The position numbers were made by a program, and so were the translations under genes. The notes under the pieces are model-generated. The model made no database searches. It saw nothing but the letters and a program-made list of their open reading frames with translations, and was not told the origin of the DNA. From Bacteroidales bacterium (GTDB lineage Bacteria > Bacteroidota > Bacteroidia > Bacteroidales > UBA12077), in the NCBI GenBank assembly GCA_028282585.1, contig JANQHR010000144.1, positions 1-64,000 on the forward strand: a stretch of DNA of 64,000 nt, in the 5' to 3' direction. Of this stretch, positions 49,028 to 59,192 are shown piece after piece; the stretch's first letter is position 1, and each line of letters opens with the position of its first letter.

Positions 49028-50527
49028 ATGAAAAAGCTTGGCTTATTATTCTCAATTATTATATTTCTAGGAACTTCAGTTAATGCTAACTCTGATGAAA
49101 TGGCTAATTCACTAACAAAAAGAAAGTGGATTAATAAATCAGATGGATACAGGGTAAGCGAAAGGTCTGATAAAACATTAGAAAGATACAAGACAATAAC
49201 ATTTAATCAGGATAGAACTTTCATGTTGGATTCTATTAAAACAAAGTACACAGGTAATTGGAAAATTATTAGTGGAACTGTTTATATGGAGTTTAATAAT
49301 CCTGAAATTAAAACTAAAACAGCTACTTTTAAAGATGAAAATCTTGTAATTGGTAAAGATTCTTTTAAACCGCGTTCAGGCGCGTTTGCCGGCTTAATAA
49401 ACTTCTTTGAGTTTACAGGAGTACCAAATGCAACATTTGGCCATATTATGATGGTTTTAGTCGGGATCTTTTTTATATTCCTTGCGATACGCTACAATTA
49501 TGAACCTTTGCTTTTAATACCTATAGGTTTCGGTGTTATCATTGGTAATATTCCATTTTTTCAAGCAGTTGGATTTGATTTACAACTAGGAATTTATGAG
49601 GAAGGTAGTGTTTTAAATTATCTATATTTTGGAGTTCAACGGGGTATTTATCCTCCGCTTATTTTTCTGGGTATCGGAGCGATGACGGATTTCTCATCAT
49701 TAATTTCAAACCCCAAGTTGATGATATTAGGAGCTGCTGCCCAGATTGGTATATTCTTAACATTTTTAGGTGCATTAGTCTTAGGTTTTACACCCGCAGA
49801 AGCTGGAGCGATTGGAATTATTGGCGGTGCTGATGGTCCAACTGCGATTTTCTTGTCATCGAAATTATCTCCGCATTTAATTGGTCCTATTGCGATTGCA
49901 GCCTACTCATATATGGCTCTCGTACCAATTCTTCAACCGCCTTTTATGAAACTAATTACAACTAAAAAAGAAAGATTAATTCGTATGAAACCACCACGTT
50001 CGGTTTCTAAACTCGAAAAGATCATGTTCCCAATAGTTGGTTTACTGTTAACAGCATATATATCACCAAGTGCATTACCTCTCTTAGGTATGTTATTCTT
50101 TGGTAATTTATTAAAAGAATCTACAGTTACAAAACGATTGGCAGATACAGCAAGAACTGCTCTAATTGATATTGTTACCATTTTGTTAGGTATTACAGTT
50201 GGAGCATCAACTCAAGCGGATGTATTCTTAACACCACAATCTCTATGGATATTTGGATTAGGAGCATTGTCATTTATTATTGCAACCTGCGGAGGATTAT
50301 TATTTGCCAAATTAATGAATGTTTTCTTAAAAGGTGATAATAAAATTAATCCGTTAATTGGAGCTGCTGGTGTATCTGCAGTTCCCGATAGCGCTCGTGT
50401 TGTGCAGCATGAAGGATTAAAAGCAGATCCAACGAATCATTTATTAATGCATGCAATGGCACCAAACGTTTCCGGTGTAATTGGTTCGGCAGTTGGAGCA
50501 GGTATACTATTAAGTTTCCTCATGTAA
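49028..50527 (+). CDS. mmdB: Na+-translocating decarboxylase beta subunit with N-terminal secreted extension
   Basis: EPLLL.PIGFG, GIIGGADGPTAIF, AAYSYMALVP, GVSAVPDSAR, HAMAPNVSGVIGSA, plus a signal peptide and about 100 extra residues. Confidence 0.93.
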   Translation: MKKLGLLFSIIIFLGTSVNANSDEMANSLTKRKWINKSDGYRVSERSDKTLERYKTITFNQDRTFMLDSIKTKYTGNWKIISGTVYMEFNNPEIKTKTATFKDENLVIGKDSFKPRSGAFAGLINFFEFTGVPNATFGHIMMVLVGIFFIFLAIRYNYEPLLLIPIGFGVIIGNIPFFQAVGFDLQLGIYEEGSVLNYLYFGVQRGIYPPLIFLGIGAMTDFSSLISNPKLMILGAAAQIGIFLTFLGALVLGFTPAEAGAIGIIGGADGPTAIFLSSKLSPHLIGPIAIAAYSYMALVPILQPPFMKLITTKKERLIRMKPPRSVSKLEKIMFPIVGLLLTAYISPSALPLLGMLFFGNLLKESTVTKRLADTARTALIDIVTILLGITVGASTQADVFLTPQSLWIFGLGALSFIIATCGGLLFAKLMNVFLKGDNKINPLIGAAGVSAVPDSARVVQHEGLKADPTNHLLMHAMAPNVSGVIGSAVGAGILLSFLM

Positions 50528-50546
50528 AAACATAAATTTTTATTTG

Positions 50547-50575
50547 AAAGGTCAGTCTTATACTGGCCTTTTTTT
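50547..50575 (+). terminator. Intrinsic terminator after the mmd operon
   Basis: AAAGGTCAGT-cttat-ACTGGCCTTT followed by TTTT. Confidence 0.8.
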
Positions 50576-50673
50576 GTATATCTAAAATTAGTGTTGTGGA
50601 AATTATTAACAAACTACTTACGATTATTATATTTGTATTTTATGATTAACAAACTCTAAAAAATTAAACACGA

Positions 50674-51900
50674 ATGAGTAATAAAATTACCACAGCTGGA
50701 AATACCGGTAAAAAAGTTCGTTCAGATTGTTTTATCACTTTGGAATTAAGAAATTCTGGTGGAATTGAAATAGAACAGAAGAGCAAAGTCCAGGTACTTT
50801 ATGGAGATTCAAATATCGAACTTTGTAAAAATATCTTAACTTTTTTTGGAATAGAAAATGCAAAATTAGAATTGGAAGATACCGGAGCATTGCCTTTAGT
50901 TATAGCGGCAAGACTGGAAGCCGCAATCAAGGAGTTAATTAACGCGGATAAAGAATATCTTTTAGATCTAATTGAAGAAAATAATTATAGTTCTGAAAGG
51001 GAACAATTCCGTTTTTCAAGATTGTACCTGCCTGGAAATACACCGAGTATGATGTTAAATGCCGGTATACACGAACCGAATGGAATAATACTGGATTTAG
51101 AAGATTCTGTTGCGTTTAACAAAAAGAAAGAAGCTCAATTACTGGTTCGCAATGCATTGCGTGGGATCAACTTCTATGGTGCTGAACGAATGGTCAGAAT
51201 CAATCAATTGCCTAAAGGGCTTGAAGACGTAAAATACCTGGTTCCTCATAATGTACATATGCTTTTGGTTCCTAAATGCGAAGGCGCTGATCAAATCCAG
51301 GAGTTAGAACAAAAGATAGAAGAGATTAAAAAAGATCATCAAGTAACCAACCCGGTTTATTTAATGCCAATTATAGAAAGTGCATTAGGCGTTGAAAGAG
51401 CATTTGAAATTGCTTCTGCATCAGAAAATGTTGTTGCATTGGCAATTGGTTTGGAAGATTATACTGCAGATCTGGGTGCTAAAAGAACAAATGAAGCTGT
51501 TGAGTCATTTTACGCAAGAACTAGAATTGTAAATGCTTGTAAAGCAGCTAGAGTTCAGGCAATTGATTCGGTTTTTTCTGATGTGGGAGATATGGAAGCA
51601 TTAAAAGAAAATGTGAAAGTATCGAAAGGATTAGGTTTCGAAGGTATGGGGTGTATTCACCCTCGCCAAATAAAGGTGATTCATGAAAGTTTTGCGCCGG
51701 AGACTGATGAAATTGAAAAAGCAAAAAAAGTCGTAAATGCTTTCATTGATGCTACAGAAAGGGGATTAGGTGTGGTTTCGCTTGGAACTAAAATGATTGA
51801 TCCTCCTGTAGTAAAAAGAGCTGAAAAGACAATTCATTTGGCTTTAAGTCTTGGTTTAATTCAGGAAAACTGGAGAAACGAATTTTTGAAAGAAGAATAA
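50674..51900 (+). CDS. citE: Fused citrate-lyase ACP (CitD) and citryl-ACP lyase (CitE)
   Basis: N-terminal about 90 aa AG....VRSDC...SKV..LYG...D.GAL...I.ARLEAA (CitD-like), then SRLYLPGN, LDLEDSV, VRIN, PIIESALG, GLEDY, CIHPRQI, MIDPP. Confidence 0.88.
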   Translation: MSNKITTAGNTGKKVRSDCFITLELRNSGGIEIEQKSKVQVLYGDSNIELCKNILTFFGIENAKLELEDTGALPLVIAARLEAAIKELINADKEYLLDLIEENNYSSEREQFRFSRLYLPGNTPSMMLNAGIHEPNGIILDLEDSVAFNKKKEAQLLVRNALRGINFYGAERMVRINQLPKGLEDVKYLVPHNVHMLLVPKCEGADQIQELEQKIEEIKKDHQVTNPVYLMPIIESALGVERAFEIASASENVVALAIGLEDYTADLGAKRTNEAVESFYARTRIVNACKAARVQAIDSVFSDVGDMEALKENVKVSKGLGFEGMGCIHPRQIKVIHESFAPETDEIEKAKKVVNAFIDATERGLGVVSLGTKMIDPPVVKRAEKTIHLALSLGLIQENWRNEFLKEE

Positions 51901-51930
51901 TTTAGTAAACAACCCAAATTAAATTTAGTT

Positions 51931-53496
51931 ATGGGACAAAAGTATACAAACCTTGTTAAAAATGCTGTTGGACGAATGGTTCCGACGGAAGTAAATGGAG
52001 AAAAACAAGTTCCTTTTCAAGGAATAGGTAAATATAAACCCGAAGGTAGAAAATTCGGGCCAAAAATAGCTTCTTGTGCTGATTACCCTGAAGACGGTAA
52101 TAAACAAGTTGCCTCTTTAAAAGAAGCATTGGTAAAAGCTGGTTTAAAAGATGGGATGACCATTTCAACACATCATCATTTTAGAAATGGTGATTTATTA
52201 GCTAATCAAATTTTTGATATTGCGAAAGAGTTGGGTGTGAAAAATTTACGTTGGGTTCCGTCTGCTTCATTTCCTTGTCATGAACACCTTATTCAATACT
52301 TAGAAGATGGTACAATACATCATATTGAAGGAAGTATGAACGGACCACTAGGACGTTTTGCTTCTTATGGTAAAATGAAAGGAATGGGAGTACTTCGTTC
52401 GCATGGCGGTCGTTACCAGGCAATTCAGGATGGAGAAGTAAAAATAGATATAACTGTAATTGGTGCCGCTTGTGCTGACTCATTTGGAAATGCAAACGGA
52501 TTATATGGGCCATCAGCAAGTGGATTACTAGGATTTGCTTTAGCTGATTCGCAATATGCCGATAAGGTTATTGTTGTAACCGACAATATGGTTCCTTTCC
52601 CTTGTAGTCCTTGGCAAATTCAGGGAAATCATGTTGATTATACAGTAGAAGTTGATCAGGTAGGTGTTCCTGAGAAGATTGTTTCAGGTACTACACAAAT
52701 AACAAAGAGCCCTGACCGTTTATTGCTTGCAGAAATGACAGCTCAGCTTTGTTTAGAGGCTGGAATTATAAAGGATGGATTTTCATTCCAGTCAGGAGCG
52801 GGAGGAACATCATTAGCAGTTGGGGATTATTTTGCTAAAATTATGCGTAAGAAAAATATTAAAGCTCGTTTTGCGCGCGGAGGTAGTAATAAGTATTTAG
52901 TTAGTATGCTTGAAGAAGGACTGGTAGACTATATATTGGATGGACAAACTTTTGATTTAAAAGGAGTTCAATCTATGGCTGATAATCCAAATCATGTTTG
53001 GACAAGCCCCTTTACGAGTTATAACTACCATGGGAAAGGAAATTTTGCTGGTTTAGTTGATGTAGTAATTCTTGGAGCAACAGAAGTTGATGTAAATTTC
53101 AATGCAAATGTTGTTACACATTCAGATGGCTTAATGTTACATGGTATAGGAGGATGGCAAAATTGTTTGTTCTCTAAAACTGTAATTCTTCCGATTCCAT
53201 TATTCAGAGATAGAATTCCTGTTATAATGGATGAAGTTACAACAATTTGCGGCCCTGGGGAATTAATAGATGTTATCGTTACAGAGCGTGGTATAGCGAT
53301 TAATCCAAAACGCAAAGACTTAATTGAAGCTTTAAAGGATTCTGATTTACCGATTAAATCAATTCAGGAACTTAAACAGGAAGCGGAAAAGATTTGTGGT
53401 AAACCTGCAAAACCGGAGTTTGAAGATGAACTAGTTGCCGTAATCAAATGGGTAGACGGAACAATCATTGATGCTGTAAAAAAAGTAAAATTATAA
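51931..53496 (+). CDS. citF: Citrate lyase alpha subunit (citrate:acetyl-ACP transferase)
   Basis: GLKDGMTISTHHHFRNGD, LRSHGGR, FSFQSGAGG, LGATEVDVNFNANV, VTERGIAINP. Confidence 0.93.
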   Translation: MGQKYTNLVKNAVGRMVPTEVNGEKQVPFQGIGKYKPEGRKFGPKIASCADYPEDGNKQVASLKEALVKAGLKDGMTISTHHHFRNGDLLANQIFDIAKELGVKNLRWVPSASFPCHEHLIQYLEDGTIHHIEGSMNGPLGRFASYGKMKGMGVLRSHGGRYQAIQDGEVKIDITVIGAACADSFGNANGLYGPSASGLLGFALADSQYADKVIVVTDNMVPFPCSPWQIQGNHVDYTVEVDQVGVPEKIVSGTTQITKSPDRLLLAEMTAQLCLEAGIIKDGFSFQSGAGGTSLAVGDYFAKIMRKKNIKARFARGGSNKYLVSMLEEGLVDYILDGQTFDLKGVQSMADNPNHVWTSPFTSYNYHGKGNFAGLVDVVILGATEVDVNFNANVVTHSDGLMLHGIGGWQNCLFSKTVILPIPLFRDRIPVIMDEVTTICGPGELIDVIVTERGIAINPKRKDLIEALKDSDLPIKSIQELKQEAEKICGKPAKPEFEDELVAVIKWVDGTIIDAVKKVKL

Positions 53497-53505
53497 TCAG
53501 ATATT

Positions 53506-53661
53506 ATGAAGTATAAATGTAAAATTTGTGGTCATATTTATGATCCTGAAATTGGAGATCCGGATGGAGGCATTGCTCCGGGAACTCCATTCGAAGATAT
53601 ACCAGATGATTGGAAGTGTCCGATTTGCGGTGTAACTAAGAAAGATTACGCACCATTATAA
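53506..53661 (+). CDS. Rubredoxin (51 aa, not in the ORF track)
   Basis: Translates as [51 protein letters not shown], with two CxxC motifs. Confidence 0.95.
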   Translation: MKYKCKICGHIYDPEIGDPDGGIAPGTPFEDIPDDWKCPICGVTKKDYAPL

Positions 53662-53666
53662 AAATT

Positions 53667-53698
53667 AAGAAGCAATCAAATTGGTTGCTTCTTTTTTT
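53667..53698. terminator. Intrinsic (bidirectional) terminator
   Basis: AAGAAGCAATCA-aat-TGGTTGCTTCTT followed by TTTTT. Confidence 0.8.
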
Positions 53699-54257
53699 AA
53701 TTGATTTTAATACTATCCCAACTTGCTTGAATAGTTTTTTTAAGCAGTTGATCTGAGCTATCTAGTTCTTCTAAAAGAACCATTCGAGTAAAAGTAGATA
53801 TATGCCCCATAACCATATTAATTATAAGGTTTACAGGTAAATCACGAAGTACTCCAAATTTAATTCCTGATTCTAAGAAATCAATTGCAGATTGATAATA
53901 GGTTCTTGTTATAGCTTTTACTTCGTTTTTTACTAACGGAGAATTAGCGTAATCTTCAAGTAAATCAAACTTTTTGGGATTGTTTAAATAAAAGTTGTAC
54001 AGGTTCTTCCATAATAGGAAAAACCTTTCTTTAAAAGGGATATCCTGTTCTAAGTTTTCTGTAAAAGCAGTGCCAGATTCTTGTTTAATTTCCAGATATA
54101 ATGTATTTATTAGATCACTTTTATCATTAAAGTAATAATAAATTGTACCTGCTGCGACATTTGATCTTTTGATTATTTCAGGTATTGATGTTCCTTGAAT
54201 TCCTACTTCTGCGATTAAATCTAAGGTGCTTGTTAAAATAATTTCCCTCTTATTCAT
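53697..54257 (-). CDS. TetR/AcrR family regulator
   Basis: N-terminal HTH G.QGTS...I...SNVAAGTIYYYF.DK..LIN.LY. Confidence 0.92.
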   Translation of the reverse strand: MNKREIILTSTLDLIAEVGIQGTSIPEIIKRSNVAAGTIYYYFNDKSDLINTLYLEIKQESGTAFTENLEQDIPFKERFFLLWKNLYNFYLNNPKKFDLLEDYANSPLVKNEVKAITRTYYQSAIDFLESGIKFGVLRDLPVNLIINMVMGHISTFTRMVLLEELDSSDQLLKKTIQASWDSIKIN

Positions 54258-54390
54258 AATTCAATTAAATATCCTGTATACAAATCTATACAATAAGAAT
54301 GAATTCTTTTAAAATAGTGAGAAAAATGAAGTTTGTAAATCTCAAAATATCTTATAACTTTAAAACTACATTCATATTAAATAATATAGG

Positions 54391-56349
54391 ATGAATTTAA
54401 AACATATTAGCTACTTAATCATTATTTCGCTTTTAATAAGCTCTTTATCTTTAATAGGACAAAAACTACCTGAAGAAATTAAAAAAGATATTTCTGTTTT
54501 AGGTGATGAACAAAAAGTTGAATATTTAAGTAAACAGTGTTGGAATAACCGAGAAAAGGATACGGATTCTGCTTTAATCTATGGTAATTATGCAATTAAA
54601 CTAGCAGATAGCCTTGCATTTTATAACCAATTAGCAAAAGTTAATAACTTCGTTGGCGTAATTTATTTACATTATATTCATGATATACATGCTTCAATTT
54701 CATATTTTCATAGTGCGTTAGCAACTGCGCTTCAAGTTAGGGACACATTGCAAATTGCTTATTCGTATAATAACCTTGGGGATGCTTTCTATTTAACTGG
54801 AAACACACAGTTGGCATTAGAATATGGAGAAAATTCCCTTCATTATTTTAGTGAATTAAATAACAAACAAGGTATTGCATATAGTTATATAAATTTAGGA
54901 TTAGCAAATAGAGCCGATAAAAGCTATGATAAGTCAATAGAGTATTTTGATAAAGCTGTTGATTTAAGAAAAACTATGGGAGATAATGTGGGAATTGCTT
55001 CGGGAATTTATGAAATTGCCCGAAGTTATTTTGAAAAATCGGATTATAAACAGGCAAGGCTTTATTATGATAAATCATTGGATCTACATTTAGAATTGGA
55101 TAACAAGATGTACATAGCATTGTGTCTTAATGGACTTGGAGATATTTGTTTTGTTGAAAGGAACTATAAAAATGCACTTAAAAAGTATAATGAAGCGTTG
55201 AAGCATAACAAAGAAGGTAACCGTAAAAGTGGAATGATTCAGAATCACTTAGGAAGAGCGCTAGTATTCTCAAAGATAGATAAAAGGAGAAATGGGGAAA
55301 AAGCTCTGTTAAAGGCGCTAAAATTAGCTGAGCAATTAGGTTACCCATCACTTATATTGGAAGCTTATGAAACACGAGCTGAATTTTACTCTAATGTTGG
55401 TGATTATAAATTATCTAATACAAGTTATCGCAGGTACGTAACAATTTACGATTCATTATTTACTGTTGAACAGCAGGAAACATTAGCAGAGATGCAACAC
55501 AATTTTTTTATAACTCAAAACCTTTATAAAGTAAATAATGATTTAGAGATAAAAAAGAGGGAGGCTTTAGTACTTATTTTTACAATAATCATATTTGTTG
55601 TTTTAGGTATAGCTTTTATTTGGAAGTTCATTTCCAATGTGCAGTTAAACAGAAAGTTAAAGTCCATAAACGATTCGAAGGATAAATTATTTTCAATTGT
55701 TTCACATGATTTAAAAAGCCCATTTAATTCTATATTAGGGTTTAGCGAGTTGATGATGAAGAGCGTTGATGGTAAAAGTATTGGAGATACCAGTAAATAT
55801 ACCAACTATATTAATCAATTGTCAAAACAGTCAGTTGGACTTATTAACAACCTTTCAAATTGGTCAATGTCACAACGAGGTATATTGGTGTTAAATGAAG
55901 AAAAATTCAACCTACATAATTTAATTAAAGAAATACATGATATTAATAGTATTTCAGCTCAAAAAAAGGGTATTGAACTTAGTATCAATATTACAGAACC
56001 ATTGGATGTTTATGCCGATAAAGAAATTCTTCGTACGGTTTTTACCAATTTAATGACTAATGCTATAAAGTTTACACCACAGAATGGGAAGATTATTGTA
56101 TCAGCTCAAATTAAACATAAGTATTTAGAGGTTAAGTTTAAAGACTCTGGAGTTGGAATTAAAGAAGATGATATAAGTAAATTATTTGACATTAAAAATA
56201 ATTATACAACACCAGGTACTAATGATGAGAAGGGAACTGGATTAGGCTTGATTATATGTAAGGAATTTATTGAATTACATAAAGGAAAAATAGACTTAGA
56301 AAGCCAAGTTGGTAAGGGAACTAATTTCACGGTTATTTTGCCTCAATAG
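54391..56349 (+). CDS. TPR-repeat sensor histidine kinase
   Basis: Periplasmic TPRs (AYSYNNLG), TM, SIVSHDLKSPF, NLMTNAIKF, D.GVG, GTGLGL. Confidence 0.93.
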   Translation: MNLKHISYLIIISLLISSLSLIGQKLPEEIKKDISVLGDEQKVEYLSKQCWNNREKDTDSALIYGNYAIKLADSLAFYNQLAKVNNFVGVIYLHYIHDIHASISYFHSALATALQVRDTLQIAYSYNNLGDAFYLTGNTQLALEYGENSLHYFSELNNKQGIAYSYINLGLANRADKSYDKSIEYFDKAVDLRKTMGDNVGIASGIYEIARSYFEKSDYKQARLYYDKSLDLHLELDNKMYIALCLNGLGDICFVERNYKNALKKYNEALKHNKEGNRKSGMIQNHLGRALVFSKIDKRRNGEKALLKALKLAEQLGYPSLILEAYETRAEFYSNVGDYKLSNTSYRRYVTIYDSLFTVEQQETLAEMQHNFFITQNLYKVNNDLEIKKREALVLIFTIIIFVVLGIAFIWKFISNVQLNRKLKSINDSKDKLFSIVSHDLKSPFNSILGFSELMMKSVDGKSIGDTSKYTNYINQLSKQSVGLINNLSNWSMSQRGILVLNEEKFNLHNLIKEIHDINSISAQKKGIELSINITEPLDVYADKEILRTVFTNLMTNAIKFTPQNGKIIVSAQIKHKYLEVKFKDSGVGIKEDDISKLFDIKNNYTTPGTNDEKGTGLGLIICKEFIELHKGKIDLESQVGKGTNFTVILPQ

Positions 56350-56372
56350 AAATAAAGAAGGCGGAATTGTAA

Positions 56373-57986
56373 CTATTTATTCAATTTTTCTGCTAGATTT
56401 AAAGCTTGGTAAGCACTTACAATACCACCTGTAACGGATAATTCTCCAAATTCTACCTTCTTCTTTTTAGCTCCAGGTTTATAAACGAGATGATCAGGGT
56501 ACGTTATTGCAGATTTCAGTAAAATGTCCTTAAGTTCTTTATAGTTCAAATCGGGATAATATGATAATACAAGAGCTGCTACACCTGATACAATCGGGCT
56601 AGAGAAACTGGTACCATCCGCTATATCATAATTACTTTCAGGGGCTAATGATTTAATTCTTACTCCAGGAGCAAAAATATCAACCATTTCTTTTCCATAA
56701 TTTGAGAAATTTGCTGCAAATTTTAAATCATGATTCATAGCTGATGCTCCAACCGAAATGTAATTGTCGATTTTAAATTCACCATTAATATTAGGTGTAG
56801 GAAATTGTTTTACTTTATCAATATTGTTGCCGTCATTTCCCGCTGCATGTATTATTAATACTCCTTTTTTTTGCGCATAAAGAATAGCCTCATCAACCAA
56901 GTATTTATAAGGAGACAATTCTTTTCCAAAGCTCATATTTATTATTCTTGCACCATTATCAACAGCATAACGAATAGCTTTTGCAATATCTTTATCTCTT
57001 TCATCACCATTAGGAACTGCTTTCAAAGCAATGATTTTTACATTTTCTACAATACCTTTAATTCCCTTTTCATTGTTTCTATTAGCAGCTATTATACCAG
57101 CTACAAAAGTTCCATGATCTGCCTCCGGGCCGTAAACATTATTGTTTCCATAACTTTCCTCAATGTCAGTTGGGTTATCACCAATGATATCTCGAGGATT
57201 AAAATCTATATTTAAATGGTAATTTAGTTCTTCGTTTACATATACTTCAAATTCATCAAATATTTCTTCATTAAAACCGTACTTTACAAAGTTGTATTGA
57301 AACTTAATATCCTTTTTCAGCTCTTTATTATGTATCTTTAAGCTATCGAGGTCACGAAGTGTTATAACTTCTTTTTTAGCTGCTTTAGCAATATTATCAT
57401 AAGATGAATTGTAGTTCCTTTTAAAATTTTCAAGATATTCTTTGTTTTTGTTAGCCTCTTTGAGTGCCTTTTCATATCTTTTTTTTGCGTCAAGGTAGAG
57501 TTTATAAGTTTCTTTTTCCGAATCGCTTAGTTGATTGCTTTTTACATTTTCAAACTTATCTTTATTTTGTTTGTAAATACGTGTAATTTCAAGGTTTTCA
57601 TAAGAAATATTTTCTCCTTTTGAGTTTCCAATAAAATTCCAACCGTTAATATCATCAACATATCCGTTATAATCATCGTCAATTCCATTATCAGGAATTT
57701 CGTCTTGATTTATCCAGATATTATCCTTTAAATCTTCGTGATTTACATCTATTCCTCCATCGATAACAGCCACTATTACCGTAGTTGATTCTTTACTTTG
57801 TAAAAGTTGCTCATACGCTTTATTTACCTCTGCTCCATATATAAAATCATCAATAGGTGATTTATTAAACCAATCAAAATATTTATCTTTTTTTACTTCA
57901 TTACTAGTAGAGTTATTATTATTTTGTGCAAATAAATAATTAGCAACAAAGAAATATATGGTTAAAATTACAAGTATCTTTTTCAT
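56373..57986 (-). CDS. S8 subtilisin-family serine protease
   Basis: VAVIDGG, HGTFVAG, AAGND, GTSFSSP triad motifs and a signal peptide. Confidence 0.95.
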   Translation of the reverse strand: MKKILVILTIYFFVANYLFAQNNNNSTSNEVKKDKYFDWFNKSPIDDFIYGAEVNKAYEQLLQSKESTTVIVAVIDGGIDVNHEDLKDNIWINQDEIPDNGIDDDYNGYVDDINGWNFIGNSKGENISYENLEITRIYKQNKDKFENVKSNQLSDSEKETYKLYLDAKKRYEKALKEANKNKEYLENFKRNYNSSYDNIAKAAKKEVITLRDLDSLKIHNKELKKDIKFQYNFVKYGFNEEIFDEFEVYVNEELNYHLNIDFNPRDIIGDNPTDIEESYGNNNVYGPEADHGTFVAGIIAANRNNEKGIKGIVENVKIIALKAVPNGDERDKDIAKAIRYAVDNGARIINMSFGKELSPYKYLVDEAILYAQKKGVLIIHAAGNDGNNIDKVKQFPTPNINGEFKIDNYISVGASAMNHDLKFAANFSNYGKEMVDIFAPGVRIKSLAPESNYDIADGTSFSSPIVSGVAALVLSYYPDLNYKELKDILLKSAITYPDHLVYKPGAKKKKVEFGELSVTGGIVSAYQALNLAEKLNK

Positions 57987-58020
57987 TTTTTATAAATATA
58001 TTTCTACTCATACAACAAAA

Positions 58021-58046
58021 AAAGAGAAAGGTTTACTTTCTCTTTT
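58021..58046 (-). terminator. Intrinsic terminator
   Basis: AAAGAGAAAG-gttta-CTTTCTCTTT flanked by A/T runs. Confidence 0.7.
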
Positions 58047-58068
58047 CTTTAGCGCAAATTTGATAAAT

Positions 58069-59046
58069 TTATTTGAATATTGCAACTTCTTTTTCACCTG
58101 TTGATTTTGCATAGGCCCTAAACATCATATTTGTATTAAAAGGCATAGCAACATTTCCATCCTTATCTACGGCAATAATTCCACCTAAGCCATCAACTTC
58201 TGCAAGTTTTTTATTTATAACTAAATTTGAAGCTTCTTCTAAGCTCATACCCTTATACTCCATTAAAGCAGAAATGTCATGAGCTACAGCATATCTAATG
58301 AAGAATTCACCATGTCCAGTGGCGGAAACCGCACAAGTATTATTGTTAGCATAATTTCCTGCACCAATAATTGGTGAATCGCCAATTCTACCGTATTTTT
58401 TATTGGTTCTACCACCGGTTGATGTTCCGGCTGCCAGATTACCATATTTATCAAGAACAACACAACCAACCGTTCCGTGTTTTTCTGATTTCAATACATT
58501 TTGTAGGCTTTTCCATCTTTTTTCAGTAAAGAAATAAGAAGAATCAACAATTTCTATTCCTTGTTTTTCAGCAAATTGAGAAGCTCCGTTACCCGAAAGT
58601 AGAACGTGCTCGGAGTTTAGCATTACTTCAATCGCTAACGAAATAGGATTTTTTACATCATCTACTCCTGCAACAGCTCCGGCATTTAGATCCCAACCCT
58701 GCATTATTGAAGCATCCAGTTCATTTCTTCCATCATGGGTAAAAACGGCACCTTTACCAGCATTAAATAATGGGCAATCTTCTAAAAAAATTATGGTTTT
58801 TTCAATAGCCTCAAGGCAAGTTCCTCCGTTTTTAAGTATATTTTCTCCAATAGTTAACGCTTGGTTTAACTTTTCTTTGTATTCTTTTTGTTGTTCCTCA
58901 TTTATATCTCTGTTACTTGCATTTCCTGCACCTCCATGTATGACAATTACATATTCAGGTTTAGATGAAGGTTCCTCTGTAGAACAGTTTACTGCAAGAA
59001 CTGATAAGGTTAATAGTAGAATTGTTTGTGTTATTCTTGTTTTCAT
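58069..59046 (-). CDS. iaaA: Isoaspartyl peptidase/L-asparaginase (Ntn hydrolase), lipoprotein
   Basis: IHGGAG, FNAGKG, ELDASIM, GTVG nucleophile, TSTGG, GRIGDSPIIGAG. Lipobox AVNC. Confidence 0.92.
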   Translation of the reverse strand: MKTRITQTILLLTLSVLAVNCSTEEPSSKPEYVIVIHGGAGNASNRDINEEQQKEYKEKLNQALTIGENILKNGGTCLEAIEKTIIFLEDCPLFNAGKGAVFTHDGRNELDASIMQGWDLNAGAVAGVDDVKNPISLAIEVMLNSEHVLLSGNGASQFAEKQGIEIVDSSYFFTEKRWKSLQNVLKSEKHGTVGCVVLDKYGNLAAGTSTGGRTNKKYGRIGDSPIIGAGNYANNNTCAVSATGHGEFFIRYAVAHDISALMEYKGMSLEEASNLVINKKLAEVDGLGGIIAVDKDGNVAMPFNTNMMFRAYAKSTGEKEVAIFK

Positions 59047-59192
59047 GTGGTGTATTCTTTAGCAATTACTTAATAGGTTTTTATAATATTCTAATAATTG
59101 ACTCTAAAGATATAAAATGAAATCTATACTCCAAATTAGTTCATTGACTCGAAAAAAATATAGGGTATTTTTACAGACTGTAATGATTGACT

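Noticed and set aside
50594-50612. TTGTGGAAATTATTAACAA as a Rex operator upstream of citDE
   Set aside because: The spacing is one base longer than TTGTGAA-N4-TTCACAA with several mismatches, which is too weak in AT-rich DNA.
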